Of a stretch of DNA of 64,000 nt, positions 13,701-25,254 are shown piece after piece (the first letter of the stretch is position 1; each line of letters opens with the position of its first letter). A program made the translations under genes and the position numbers. The notes below the pieces were generated by a model. It was not told the DNA's origin, searched no databases, and saw only the letters and a list, made by a program, of their open reading frames with translations. This DNA comes from Octopus sinensis. Taxonomy: Eukaryota. The stretch covers positions 11,656,001 through 11,720,000 of the forward strand of contig NC_043021.1 in assembly GCF_006345805.1 (NCBI RefSeq), read 5' to 3'.

Positions 13701-14462
13701 TGTCTTTGTGCTGTGTTTGTCCCCCACCACTGCTTGACAACTGGTATTGGTGTGTTTACGTCCCCGCAACTTAGTAGCTTGGAAAAAAAGGGACTGATAG
13801 AATAAGTACTGGGGTCAATTCATTCAACTAAAAATTCTCCAAGGCGGTGCCCCAGCATGGTCGTGGTCTAATGACTGAAACAAGTAGAAGCTAAAAGATA
13901 AGACTCGTTTTGATTTACCACCACTAAGCACATTGCCAAAACATTACCCCCAATTGTGACATGGCCACCACAACTGAATGCTACTCCATCACTTTGTCAC
14001 AGGCCATCACCACTGTCACCACCTCACCAGCATCTTTATTGAGTCACAGGCCAGCTACATCATCATCGGCAGCATCACTACTACCACTACACATCATTAG
14101 TGTGTCAAAGGCCACCACTCACATCACCACCACCACTACCACCAGACATATCGCCACCACCATGCAGTGTATCACCATTGCTACCAGCAAATGCATCACC
14201 TCTCACACCACCACCACCACCATCAGCACAAGCAAGCATTACATCATCACCACATTGCATTCCTCCACCAACCATCATTTAACACATCACCACTCACATA
14301 CCACCGAGCACTATGCCACCACTGCAACTAAACAGTATGTACTCAATTACAACCTCACATACCCCTCCACCACCTCCACTACCACCACCTACATTTCTGC
14401 TTTAAATCTTCTGGTTTTTGTTTAATCAGTTAGTTTCAAGCTTCCTGATAGGATAGGCCCAG

Positions 14463-14519
<57 letters not shown>

Positions 14520-16744
14520 ATATATATCAATTGGTATTTTTTCCACTGTCCGACTAATTTCTGCATTCTGTGCCCTCAATAACAATAATAATAATAATAG
14601 TTCTTTCTAATTTTGATGCAAGGTCAGCAAATGATAATAGTAATAATAATAATGATGACAAAAGCATTACCACCCCCACCCCGTCTCTCTTATCTTAACT
14701 GATTGGAAGTGTTGTCATGTACGTGTTTTGTTTTGGTGTAGGTTGGCCACAGCAAATATTCTGCCTAATACCACAGATTTGCTTGTCAGTTGTTTGACCT
14801 TAATCAGTTGAACATGTCCTTTAGTGGCTGACAGTATGTGCATCTCTGATGATGAGCAGGAATAGTGGAAGAGCATCATAGCCATATGCTGAGAGGGATT
14901 TTTGGGGGTTTGAGTAATTCACCCTTCGAAACATGGGTGTTTCATTCATTGTCCTTAAACAAACCTTATTCAGGGACCTTTTGAGCTGGATGGGCTACTC
15001 AAACTGAAGAAAATTCTAACTGGGCCCCAGCTGCAAGGTTATGTGTTGTTTATCTTGATATGAGATCATCGTATCATGCACATATAGTTGTGATGCATGT
15101 GCCTGGTGTACACTTATCAGTAGTAGTAATGATGATAATAATAATAATAATAAGAAGAAGAACAAGAGCACTCAGAGAGCGCAAACCTCCACCAAAGCAA
15201 CACCAGTGTCCAATCAACAATTAGCTAGAGATGATTTTTAAAATGAGAATATCTGAAATAAACTTGACTGCTTTCACAAACGAGAATACTAAAAATGAAT
15301 GCGACTGTTATCAAAAATTAAGTAAAAAAAAAAAAAAAACGGAAAAAATAATCCAGAATCCTTGTCCGGTACCAGATTGATCCCAAAATCTAATCATTTT
15401 ATGCCAGTCATGAGGCCAAACATCCCTGAAAGTTTCATCCGAATACATCCAGCGGTTCTTGAGATATCTCGTCTACAGACAAACAAACAAACACGACTGA
15501 AAACAATACCTCTGTCTTCGCTAAGGCGGAGGTAATAATAATAATAATGGTTTCAAATTTTGGCACATGGCCAGCAATTTCAGGGGTGGGTGTAAATCAA
15601 TTAAATCAACCCCCAGTGCTCAACTGGTATTTACTTTATTGACCTTGAAACGGTGTAAAGGCAAAGACAACCTTTACTGAATTTGAACTCAGAACATAGA
15701 TGGATGATATGCTGCTAAGCATTTTGCCCAGCTGACCAACGATTCTGCCAACTTGCTGCCTTTATAGTATTAATGATAATAATAATAGTAATAATTTCTG
15801 TGGTTGGTGTTAGGAAGAACATCCAGCTGTAAAAACCATGCCAAAACAGACACAGAATTCTGATGCCAGTCTTCTGCCTGGCCAGCTCCTGTCAAACTTT
15901 CCAACCCATGCCAGCATGGAAAGCAGATGTTAAATGCTGATGATGATTCCGATATCTGAGGGAGAGCCACTACCACCACCACCACTGCTATTACTTTCAC
16001 CACTATTACCACCACCACCACCACTAGTCTACAATTACCACAGTCATTATCACCACCATCAATACTACCACTACCACCACAACTACTTCTACCACTACCG
16101 CCACTACCACAACTACTTCTATCAACACCACCATCACTATCACTGCTTCCACCAGTGCCACCACCACTACTATTACCACCCACCCAACCCCTGTCACCAC
16201 CACAACTACTACCACACACTACTATTATCACCACCACCACTACCTCCTGCACTACATGTCTTGAAACCAAAACAAGCTGGTCAGAGAAATTAAGTTTACA
16301 AGCTGTACCAAGCTATTTCATTAAGTCACTTAACTCACCCCACCCCATCTCTCTCTCTCTCCAATATTGTTGTTGTTCTTCTACTTGTTGTCACCCAACT
16401 GTCATTTGTGACCTCTGGCAAACTTAAAAACATTTCAACATCAAACACCATTTTTTTGCTTTGATGGGTTTTTGTTTGTTTTTGTTTTACTGTTAGTCTC
16501 AGAAACTGACTCATTGTAGCATGGTGGGTGGTGTTACTTACATACCAAATTTCTAAGTTGACTGTATGGTTTTAACAATTAGACTCAGACAAATGGCGGG
16601 GAACATTGTATATGGCTGTAAAGGATACTTAACAGTCCTTGCTATAATCAGGTTTTAGTATGTGTGTGTATATGTATGTACATATATACTTGGAAATGGA
16701 TGTGTGGCATTCAATCAAATAATAATAATATATATATATATGAA

Positions 16745-17270
16745 TTTTTTGCGTAATGAGATAAAAAAACCGAGGCTGTATAGATATTAGAGCATTTATA
16801 GATAGAAGGTCTTACAGCTGTTTCTAGGATATTAATTAATAATATCCCTTCATTGGAGACAGTATGAGAGGAAAAATTAAGTCATAGTTAGTTTCAATGT
16901 GATACAAATAGAGAGTGAGGTGGAGGCAAGAAAATAGATGTAAGATATGTATGGTTATTGAGTTCATAAATCCGTTTTTTTAGGCATAATGGTATATATG
17001 TGTAATATTCCAATATCCTTTGAGTCAAATCCAAAAGTCCAACAGAGTTTAATATGAGGCCATCCAGATGTAGAGTTTATAAGCAATGTAAGATTCTCTT
17101 AAAGTCGGTCATTCCCAGTAGGGAATTTATATAAAGAGTAGCAGATTCAAGGTTTGTGTTTAAACTGACCTAGAAATAGGGAGTGTATGGTCAAATTGAA
17201 AACAGGAAGAGAGGAATGACAAAAAAAAAAGGGGGGGAGAGAGAAAATGACACCATTATCTCTCATAACC
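16745..17270 (-). mobile_element. Decayed Penelope-like element 3' part with hammerhead-like motif
   Basis: Frameshifted LRESY...TLHLDGL resembles the PLE GIY-YIG C-terminus (RExxWI...TLxPxGLN); a hammerhead-like fold follows at 16809-16860. Confidence 0.5.
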
Positions 17271-17707
17271 TCAACTACATATATAGTGGAGGCGCAATGG
17301 CCCAGTGGTTAGGGCAGCGGACTCGCAGTTGGAGGATCGCGGTTTCGATTCCCAGACCGGGCGTTGAGTGTGTTTATTGAGCGAAAACTCCTAAAGCTCC
17401 ACAGGGAAACACCTAAAGCAGGGGTTGGTGGCGACCCCTGTTGTACTCTTTCACTCCAACTTTCTCTCACTCTTTCTTCCTGTTTCTTGTCCCCGACTTC
17501 CTACTGTTTGTCTCCTCTATGTTTAGCCCCTTGTGGGTAGTAATGAAATGTATATATATATACATATATATATATCCAGCCGTAAAACCATGCCAAAACA
17601 GATATTGAAGTATTTGCACATACGCATATTTGTCTGTTAATTACATTCGTAACTGTTAAAATATTAAAATATAGAAATTGTTATTGAATTATAATACAGT
17701 TAGTTAG

Positions 17708-17803
17708 AGACCTGAGGATTGGGGTTGCATTTAAGAAATGTTTCCTGTAAAAGACTCCGTGTATAAGGAACATTAAACGCACCTCATGAAACACGTGTAG
17801 CGG
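17708..17803 (+). ncRNA. Hammerhead-like motif with long stem II
   Basis: CUGAGGA, a long imperfect hairpin, then GAAAC-ACGU-GUA; stem I is poor. Confidence 0.45.
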
Positions 17804-18282
17804 AGAAATTTAGAAATGATTAGTAAGTATTAAAATGAAATTCTATTATATGGTGTGATGTATATTAGGATTTGATGAATTGCATGGGGACTTCTATCTC
17901 TAAATAACATATTTTTCCTTATCGAGAATAATTCATTTTATTTGAATCCCGTGACGCAAGAATTTTTTTTCCCTAATAAATAAAATTATATATATAATTT
18001 AGAGAAAAACCTCTATTAAACAATTCAATAACGAAAGATGTTATTCACACCACATAGAAAACATACTATAAAAATCTTATTCTAAAAATCAATAAAGTAC
18101 AAAATTATATACATATATATTGTGAAATTAGATTTAGAATTGCTAAATTGAATTTTTCCCTGAAAGTTTGGAATTCCCTACTATTATTATATGCATATAT
18201 TTATATATATGACCGCATGTGTATCATTGGCGATTTTTTTTTTCCCTCCGTCTTCCCTTCCTTGGATCTTTCCTCTTCCTAT

Positions 18283-18318
18283 GTTTCTGATGAAGAGCTC
18301 TGCTCGAAACATTAGATC
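18283..18318 (+). ncRNA. Decayed minimal hammerhead-like motif
   Basis: GUUU-CUGAUGA-A-GAGC(UCU)GCUC-GAAAC-AUU; stem I and the cleavage triplet are eroded. Confidence 0.45.
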
Positions 18319-18509
18319 CTCCTTCTTTCCTTTCCTGAGCATCCAATAACACTATACTTGTTCCACGTCCTCGCATTGTGTTTTCTCTTTGTGTTTTCAT
18401 GTTTGAATTAACTTTTTATATATATATATATAGAACGCCATAATGGACCGTTAGCTCTTACGCGCATTTTTTTCTTTCCTTGTTTCTCTTCTTGTTTCTT
18501 TTCTGTGTA

Positions 18510-18547
18510 TCTTTCTGTCGAAGAGCGTAGGCTCGAAACGTAAAAGA
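18510..18547 (+). ncRNA. Minimal type-I hammerhead-like motif, CUGUCGA core variant (copies 13038-13074 -, 21981-22016 +, 49535-49574 -)
   Basis: UCUUU-CUGUCGA-A-GAGC(GUAG)GCUC-GAAAC-GUA-AAAGA; stems I and II pair perfectly. Confidence 0.55.
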
Positions 18548-18642
18548 CTTGTTCTATTTCTATTCCTGAGCGCCATACTGATACATTTGTTTGTTTGTAC
18601 TCCACCTGCCTTCGTCTTTTGTTTATTTTCGTAAACCTTCCC

Positions 18643-18709
<67 letters not shown>

Positions 18710-19545
18710 TGGGTACAGACGTCACAAACAGTAAATATGAAATACGAAACAAGCAGTAAACAATATGAAATATCAAAAAAATAAATGAGTTGAATATGCA
18801 AACAACAAGAGAAACAAATGGAAAACAGAACAAGTAACATAAAGAATGACCCTTCATCAGTTGTCGGCTGCATATCTACTGATCGTTTTGTGCCCTGAAT
18901 GGCACTGATTTTGTAGACGGAAACTGAAAGAAGCCTGTTGTATATATATGTATGTGTGTGTGTGTGTGTGTGTGTGTTTGTGTCTCTGTTTGTCCCCCAC
19001 CACTGATTGACAACCAGTGTTGATGTGTTTGCATCTCTGTAACTTAGTGGTTCAGCAAATGGTGCTGATGGAATAAGTACTAGGTGTAAGAAAAGGAATG
19101 AGTAGTTGATCTGATTCTGTCAACTAAAAAATTTTCATGGCAGTGCCCCAGCATGGCCATGGTCTGATAACTGAAACAAGTGAAAGATAAAAGATACACT
19201 ATGGGCTTCTTTCAGTTTCCGTCTACCAAATCCACTCACAAAGTTTTGGTCAGCTCAACGCTATAGTGGAAGACACCTACCCAAAGTGTTCCATTGTGGG
19301 GACTGAACCCCAAAGCATGTAGTTGGGAAGCAAGCTTCTTAACCACAGAGCTACACTTGTGCCTATGTATGTGTGTGTTTTTAATAAATGCAATGTTTGA
19401 GTACAAGTGCACACACACGCAGACACACACACACATATAACACATATATAGGTTTGGTGATGCAAACATGAAAATAAAACTCAAAATGTGTGTGTAGATT
19501 AGATAGATAGACACATACATACATACATACATACATAGACAAGAT

Positions 19546-19703
19546 TAATATTTAGCTGAAGCAACAGAGTGACTTGAGGGCTGAGATGTTTAATCAATTA
19601 TTTTCAAATTTATCAAATTTTATCAATTTTATCAAATTTTGAAAAGTGCTGACACATGAAACTCTTAGTCCTTGAATCACTCTGTTGGTTCTCCTAAATA
19701 TTA
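19546..19703. mobile_element. MITE-like fold-back element
   Basis: ~40-bp imperfect inverted ends: TAATATTTAG...AACAGAGTGA and TCACTCTGTT...CTAAATATTA. Confidence 0.55.
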
Positions 19704-19719
19704 ATAATAATGATAATAA

Positions 19720-20428
19720 TAAATGCCCTGATGCAGTCCCAGTTAGTGGCTCTCATGGCTTCTGATCTTAACTGATTGGAAGTGTTATCATGTACATTGT
19801 TTTGTCTTTCTATAAAAAGATGGGCTACAGCATATATTCTGCTCGATACCACAGATTTGCCTGTCACTTGCTTGACTTTAGCCAGTTGAGCATGTCACTT
19901 AGTGGCTGACGATAAGTGCATCTCTGATCACAAGCAGAAGTAGTTGGGGAGCATCATAGCCATTTTCTCCTCTCCGCTGGCTACTGGACCACGCCCAGGA
20001 GGCAACGCACGCACAACCTAAGCTCCCGGGGCTAGAGATAGCCTTCCTTGACCTCGCCAAAGCCTTCGATACGGTCTCGCACTCTCTCATTTTTGCGGGC
20101 ATGAGAATTCTTTGGAGTTTGAATAATTCACTTTTGGAAACATGGGTATTTTGTTCAACATCCTTAAACGACTCTTATTCAGGGACCTTTTGAGTGGGAT
20201 AGGCTACTCGACCTGAGGAAAATTCTAACTGGGCCCCACCTGCAAGGTCATGCACTGTTTATCTTGATATGAGATCACCACGCTGCTGTTTATCTTGATA
20301 TAAGATCACCATGTCACGCCCATATGGTTGTGATGTATGTGCCTGGTGTACCCTTATCAGACGGGTATGGTAGGCTTCATATATTTGTACCCCAGTGTCA
20401 CTTTGATGGTGTGTATTGCTCTCTCACT
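19720..20428 (+). mobile_element. ~560-bp interspersed repeat associated with (AAT)n (copies 9727-10015, 14690-15120, 31355-31520, 32900-33200 -, 48127-48685 -)
   Basis: Clear similarity among copies. Possibly the 3' region of a TAA-targeting LINE (inference). Confidence 0.7.
19963..20105 (+). mobile_element. Isolated non-LTR reverse-transcriptase fragment
   Basis: Open frame LRWLLDHAQEATHAQPKLPGLEIAFLDLAKAFDTVSHSLIFAGMR with the RT motif FLDLxKAFDxVxH. Confidence 0.85.
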
Positions 20429-22107
20429 CAGTAATACATACATACATACAATGAACCAACTTCATGACAGGAGGTGCAGATGAGAGCAGCTGCATCGAAC
20501 TCTCTCATGCACCAAATGGCAATTGCTAAAAAGCATTCGTGAAGTAAAATCATGTAGCAACACCAAATGGCAGTGCCCCAGCATGGCCACAGCTCATGAG
20601 CTGAAACTAGATAAAATAAAATAAATAATACATACATACATACATACGTACATGCATACATTCATGAACAGCTTAGTCAAGGGTGAAAAGAGTGGATAGT
20701 CACTGTTTAATATAATAAACATAGATAATATATACATGTGTGTATGCCCGTCTGCATCTCTCTCCATCATCATCATCATATGTCTGCCTTCCACGCTAGC
20801 TATCCTGTGTGCCCATGCTATAATGTTTGATAATGTTACTACTGGCACTACCTCAAAAGCCAACATTTTTACTCCTTCCAGTGTTGCATTGGACCCTTAT
20901 AATATCTGTTCTCTTGACAACAGGCCACAGAATACATAGTGTAGAATTTGGCCCCTAGTTCCACACTGCCCTCACCTGATAACTGCCTTGTGTGCCCATG
21001 TTATAAAATAGCAAGGAGCACCTGTTTGACAATGTGAGCTGGAGATACCTATTTCTTCATTACCCACAAGGGGCTAAACATAGAGGGGACAAACAAGGAC
21101 AGACATAGGTATTAAGTTGATTACATCGACCCCAGTGCGTAACTGGTGCTTAATTTATCGACCCCGAAAGGATGAAAGGCAAAGTCGACCTCAGCGGAAT
21201 TTGAACTCACAACGTAATGGCAGACGAAATACCGCAAGGTATTTCACCCGGCATGCTAACGTTTCTGCCAGCTCGCCACCTTTTCCAGCTCACCGCCTTC
21301 GCCCCCTCCCATACTGTTCTGTCCCTGTCTTTCCATCCCTTTCACACACACCATGTTGTTTTTTAATTGATAAATACATTGACTCCACTTCCCTGTTTCT
21401 ACTCACTCCACTCTAAAGATTCTTCCCACCCTTCACCTACTCTCCCTCTCAAACCAGTCTTTAACCGGTGTGTCATTCTTTACTAATCCTTCTGTTATTT
21501 CTTCTCTGTCACTCTTACAAGTTGTAGTATTTAAAAAAAAAAGAAAAGAAAAAAAAAAAAATGTATGTGAAAACCATTTCGGCCACATCTCATGTGAACC
21601 CACCAGAAATTCAGGGAAATATCGCTGACTAGCACAGCGCTTATATATTATAAGGACCACTTGCAGTTCAATGCTGAATTATGAAGAGCCTGTAAATTAA
21701 TGTGCTGCTCTGGCCCCATTTCAATGTTTGAGTTTCCCCAGTTAATTTATGTTGTGTTTGTAATAGGTGCAGGTGTGGTTGTGTGGTTAAGAAGCTTGCT
21801 TCCCAACCATGCAGTCTTGGGTTCAGTCTCACTGGTAACCTTGGGCAAGTGCTTTTTAAAAAAGTTTGTTTTTTTTACTATAAACTCTGGCTGACCAAAG
21901 CCTTGGAAGTGGATTTCATCAGCAGAAACTGAAAGAATCCTGTTATATTTCATTTTCTCTCTGTTTATTTTTCCTTATTCCTTTCTGTTGAAGAGTGTAG
22001 GCTCAAAACATAAGACTTTCATTTTCCTGAGTGTCAAACTAATATACTTGCTTGTTGTTCATACACCTGTCTTCGTCTTTTGTTTCTCTATAAATTTCAA
22101 CTACATG

Positions 22108-22145
<38 letters not shown>

Positions 22146-22237
22146 AAGCCTAGTACTTATTTTATCAGTCCCTTTCGTTGAACTGCTACATTACGGGGAC
22201 TTAAGCATACCAACATCAGTTGTCAAGCGATGGTAGG

Positions 22238-22277
<40 letters not shown>

Positions 22278-22809
22278 ATGGGACTGAACCTGGAACCATG
22301 TGGTTGGGAAGCAAGCTTCTTACCACACAGTAATATCCAGGATTTTTTTTTTTCTGACAAAATTCTGATTAATGTTTTCACTTTCCCTCTTCATGTGGTC
22401 TTCAAAGGGGTAACACTCCGCTTCTCTATACTATACTCAAATACCTCTTCAAGTGATACTTTAAGACATGACAATTGCCATTTCCACCCTGACTTTCCTC
22501 TTTAAGTGGCACTCAGAGAGACAGCACTTATCCTGTCGCACTCACATGTGTCTTCAAGTGGTACTTTTGAAGAAGTAACGTTCCACCTCTCCACTCAGCT
22601 TCCTCTTCAAGTTACACTTGAACTGGCAATATACCCCCAGCTTCACTCTTACCAGCATTAAGTGGTACCTGAAGTTATTTGTTTGCCTAGTGTTCTATCC
22701 AGGGGGTGATTTATTCTGTGCCATCATAAGTACATGAGTACATTAGGCTGTTGTTCAGGGGTCTCACAGGTCTGGGGACCCAGTTCTGATCTATGTCGAT
22801 TGTTGTGGA

Positions 22810-22990
22810 AGGATGAAGACAGTTGCATAAAGAAGTGCTGATCACTTAAAGTGGAGGAAAGTTGTGGAAGAGGGAAACCCAGGAAGACATGGGACGAAGT
22901 AGTGAAGGCCAAGATCAAAATGCTGAACCTTATGAAGGAGATGACAGAGGACCGAGATACGTGGAGCATTGCTGTACTCAAAAAGACCTT
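22810..22990 (+). mobile_element. RTE-type LINE 3' coding remnant (related: 40060-40320 -)
   Basis: CGRGKPRKTWDEVV...EMTEDRDTWSIAV. Confidence 0.7.
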
Positions 22991-23984
22991 CCTGTTAAAA
23001 TAGAACTGAAATCCTAAACTAAGATGCCATGTAAAAAAGCATTGGTGTGGGTGCTGGTTCCATGTAAATAGCATTGGTGATGGTGCCACGTAAAAAGCAC
23101 CCAGTACACTCTGTAAAGTGGTTGGCATTAGGAAAGGCATCCAGCTGTAGAAGCCACACCAAAACAGACTACGGAACCTGCTGCAGCCCCTGATCTTGCC
23201 AGTTCCTGTCAAGCCATCCCATAAAGATGTCTGTCTTTATGTTCTGAGTTCGAATTCCACCAAGGTCGACTTTGCCTTTCATCCTTTCAGGGTCGATAAA
23301 TTAAGTACCAGTTGTGTACTAGGATCAATGTAATCGACTGGCCCCCCCCTCCCACCAAAATTTCAGGCCTTGTGCCTAAAGTAGAAAAAAATATTCTTTG
23401 TGTAGTTCGATGATTGGTAGGGGGTGGTGGATGTTGTCTTCCATGGAGGGAGTACAGGTAATGGTGGTAGTGATGGTGGTGGCAGTGATGGGGTGATGGG
23501 TGCTGGTGGTGACAGTGACGATGGTAGTGATGGTGGTGGTTGTGACAGCGGCGGTGGTGGTAGTGATGATGGTGGTGGTGGTGGTAGTGATGATGGTGGC
23601 AGTGGTGGTGTTGATGGCATTATCTACAGACTTCCAGTGCTTGCTTACTCACTAAGTACTCAAGTTGTACTATTGTGCGTACCTGCGCACGCGTATGTGT
23701 GTACATGCGTGCCATGTGGTTTGGTCTGTATGTATGTATGTCAATGGCCACTGTGTCCGTATGTTGTCTGTATATTCTTTCCGTCTGTGTCACTAGATGG
23801 CTTCGTACTGCCTGTGTGTATGTGTGTCCATGTATATGTTTATGTATGTGTAAGCCAGCTCGTTAGATCAGCTGAAGTCATGTGAGAGAGACTGCTGTTA
23901 GCGCCCAGACAGCAACAGCGAAATAAAACAATAGAACAACACTGTTGTAGACAGCAGCAGCAGCAACAGTAGCTGTTGTAGTAT

Positions 23985-24535
23985 TGGTGGTGGTGGTATT
24001 GGTTGTGATAGAGGCATTTGAGGTCAGAGTGGTGTTTTTCAGTGGTGATGGTCATGATGGTGGTATTTAGTGGTGGCGGTGATGTTAGTGAGGTCGGGGA
24101 CGTCTGTGATGGTAGTGGTGCTGATGATGATAGTGATGGTAGTGTTGGTGATAGTTGTAGGGATGGTGATGATGGTTGTACGGATGGTGGTAGTGGTGGT
24201 GATAGAGGCGTTTGAAGTCACAGTGGTATTTTTTAGTGGTGATAGTCATGTTTGTGGTCATGATTGTGTTTTTCAGTGGTGATGGTCATGATGGTGGTAT
24301 TTAGTGGTGGCGGTGATGTTGGTGAGATTGGGGACGTTTGTGATGGTAGTGGTGGTAATGATGATAGTGATGGTGATGATGGTTGTAAAGATGGTGGTGG
24401 TGTTTGTGGTGTTGATGGTGGCAATGTTAATGATGATGGTGATGGTGATGATGGTTGTAAAGATGGTGGTGTTGATGGTGGCAGTGTTAATGGTGATGAT
24501 GGTGTTAATGGCAATCATGGTTGTGGTGGTGGTTT
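23985..24535. repeat. (GGT/GAT)n low-complexity tract with an internal duplication (similar tracts at 13960-14390, 15965-16245, 23455-23620)
   Basis: Direct inspection. Confidence 0.85.
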
Positions 24536-25118
24536 GATACCCCCCAACTCCACAACCGTCTCCTTATTCTCCTTCGGTCCTTTATGTTGAAGTTACCGTT
24601 GTCCCAGTGGTTGTGGTCAGAATTGTTGTTTAACCCCCAGGTTGACTCTCTTAAAGTTTATCTATGATCAAAAGCAATCCAACCATGATCATCCCATTGC
24701 TTTTCCGTAAAGTGGTTGGAATCAGGAAAGACATCCAGCTGTAGAAATCAAACCAAGATAGACTATGGAACCTGGTGAAGCTCCTGGCTTCGCCAGCTCC
24801 TGTTAACCCTTTTGATACCAACCTGGCTGAAACTGCCTCTGGCTCTAGTACAAATGTCTTGTTTTCATGAGTTTTGAATTAAAATCGTCCACCAAACCTT
24901 AGACACAATTTATGTTCCTAATTCTCATAGCCAGTGTGGGCATATTTACATTCCTTTAACTAAGCAATGGGAATAAATTTGTTTGACTAAACCTTTCGAG
25001 GCGGTGCCCTAGTATGGTCACAGTCCAATGACTGAAACAAAAAACAAAAGGTAAAAATTATTATTTTTTTTTTTTACACTTTATTGATTTTTCTTTTTTG
25101 TGTTTTTCTTTTATCCAG

Positions 25119-25254
25119 TGCAATTTAGAATCATTATGTCCAAGAGGTCGAACTCCCCTTCATTTGGCAGTCACTTTGGGTCACCTCGAAAGCGCTAAGA
25201 TTCTTATGCAGCATGGTGCCAACGCAAATGCCGAGAATGGAGCATTCTGGTCAG
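25119..25254 (+). CDS. ANKRD13: ANKRD13 exon (first found; ankyrin repeat)
   Basis: Polypyrimidine tract plus CAG acceptor; [45 protein letters not shown]; donor G|GTGAGT; phase 0 in, phase 1 out. Confidence 0.93.

Noticed and set aside
13042-13805. Long ORFs in several frames ([12 protein letters not shown]), also at 3712-4360, 11218-11583 and 36516-37129
   Set aside because: Translations of stop-free dinucleotide microsatellites.
17288-17362. Possible tRNA gene (also 8659, 11871, 26157 and 54150-54224)
   Set aside because: A/B boxes run directly into shared SINE bodies, with no proper acceptor stem or terminator.
18845-18870. Isolated CUGAUGA on the minus strand (also + at about 61806)
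   Set aside because: No stem II followed by GAAA at a suitable distance.
23363-24590. Pro-, Gly/Asp- and Thr-rich ORFs (also 13961-14425 and 15770-16427)
   Set aside because: Trinucleotide low-complexity sequence open on both strands.
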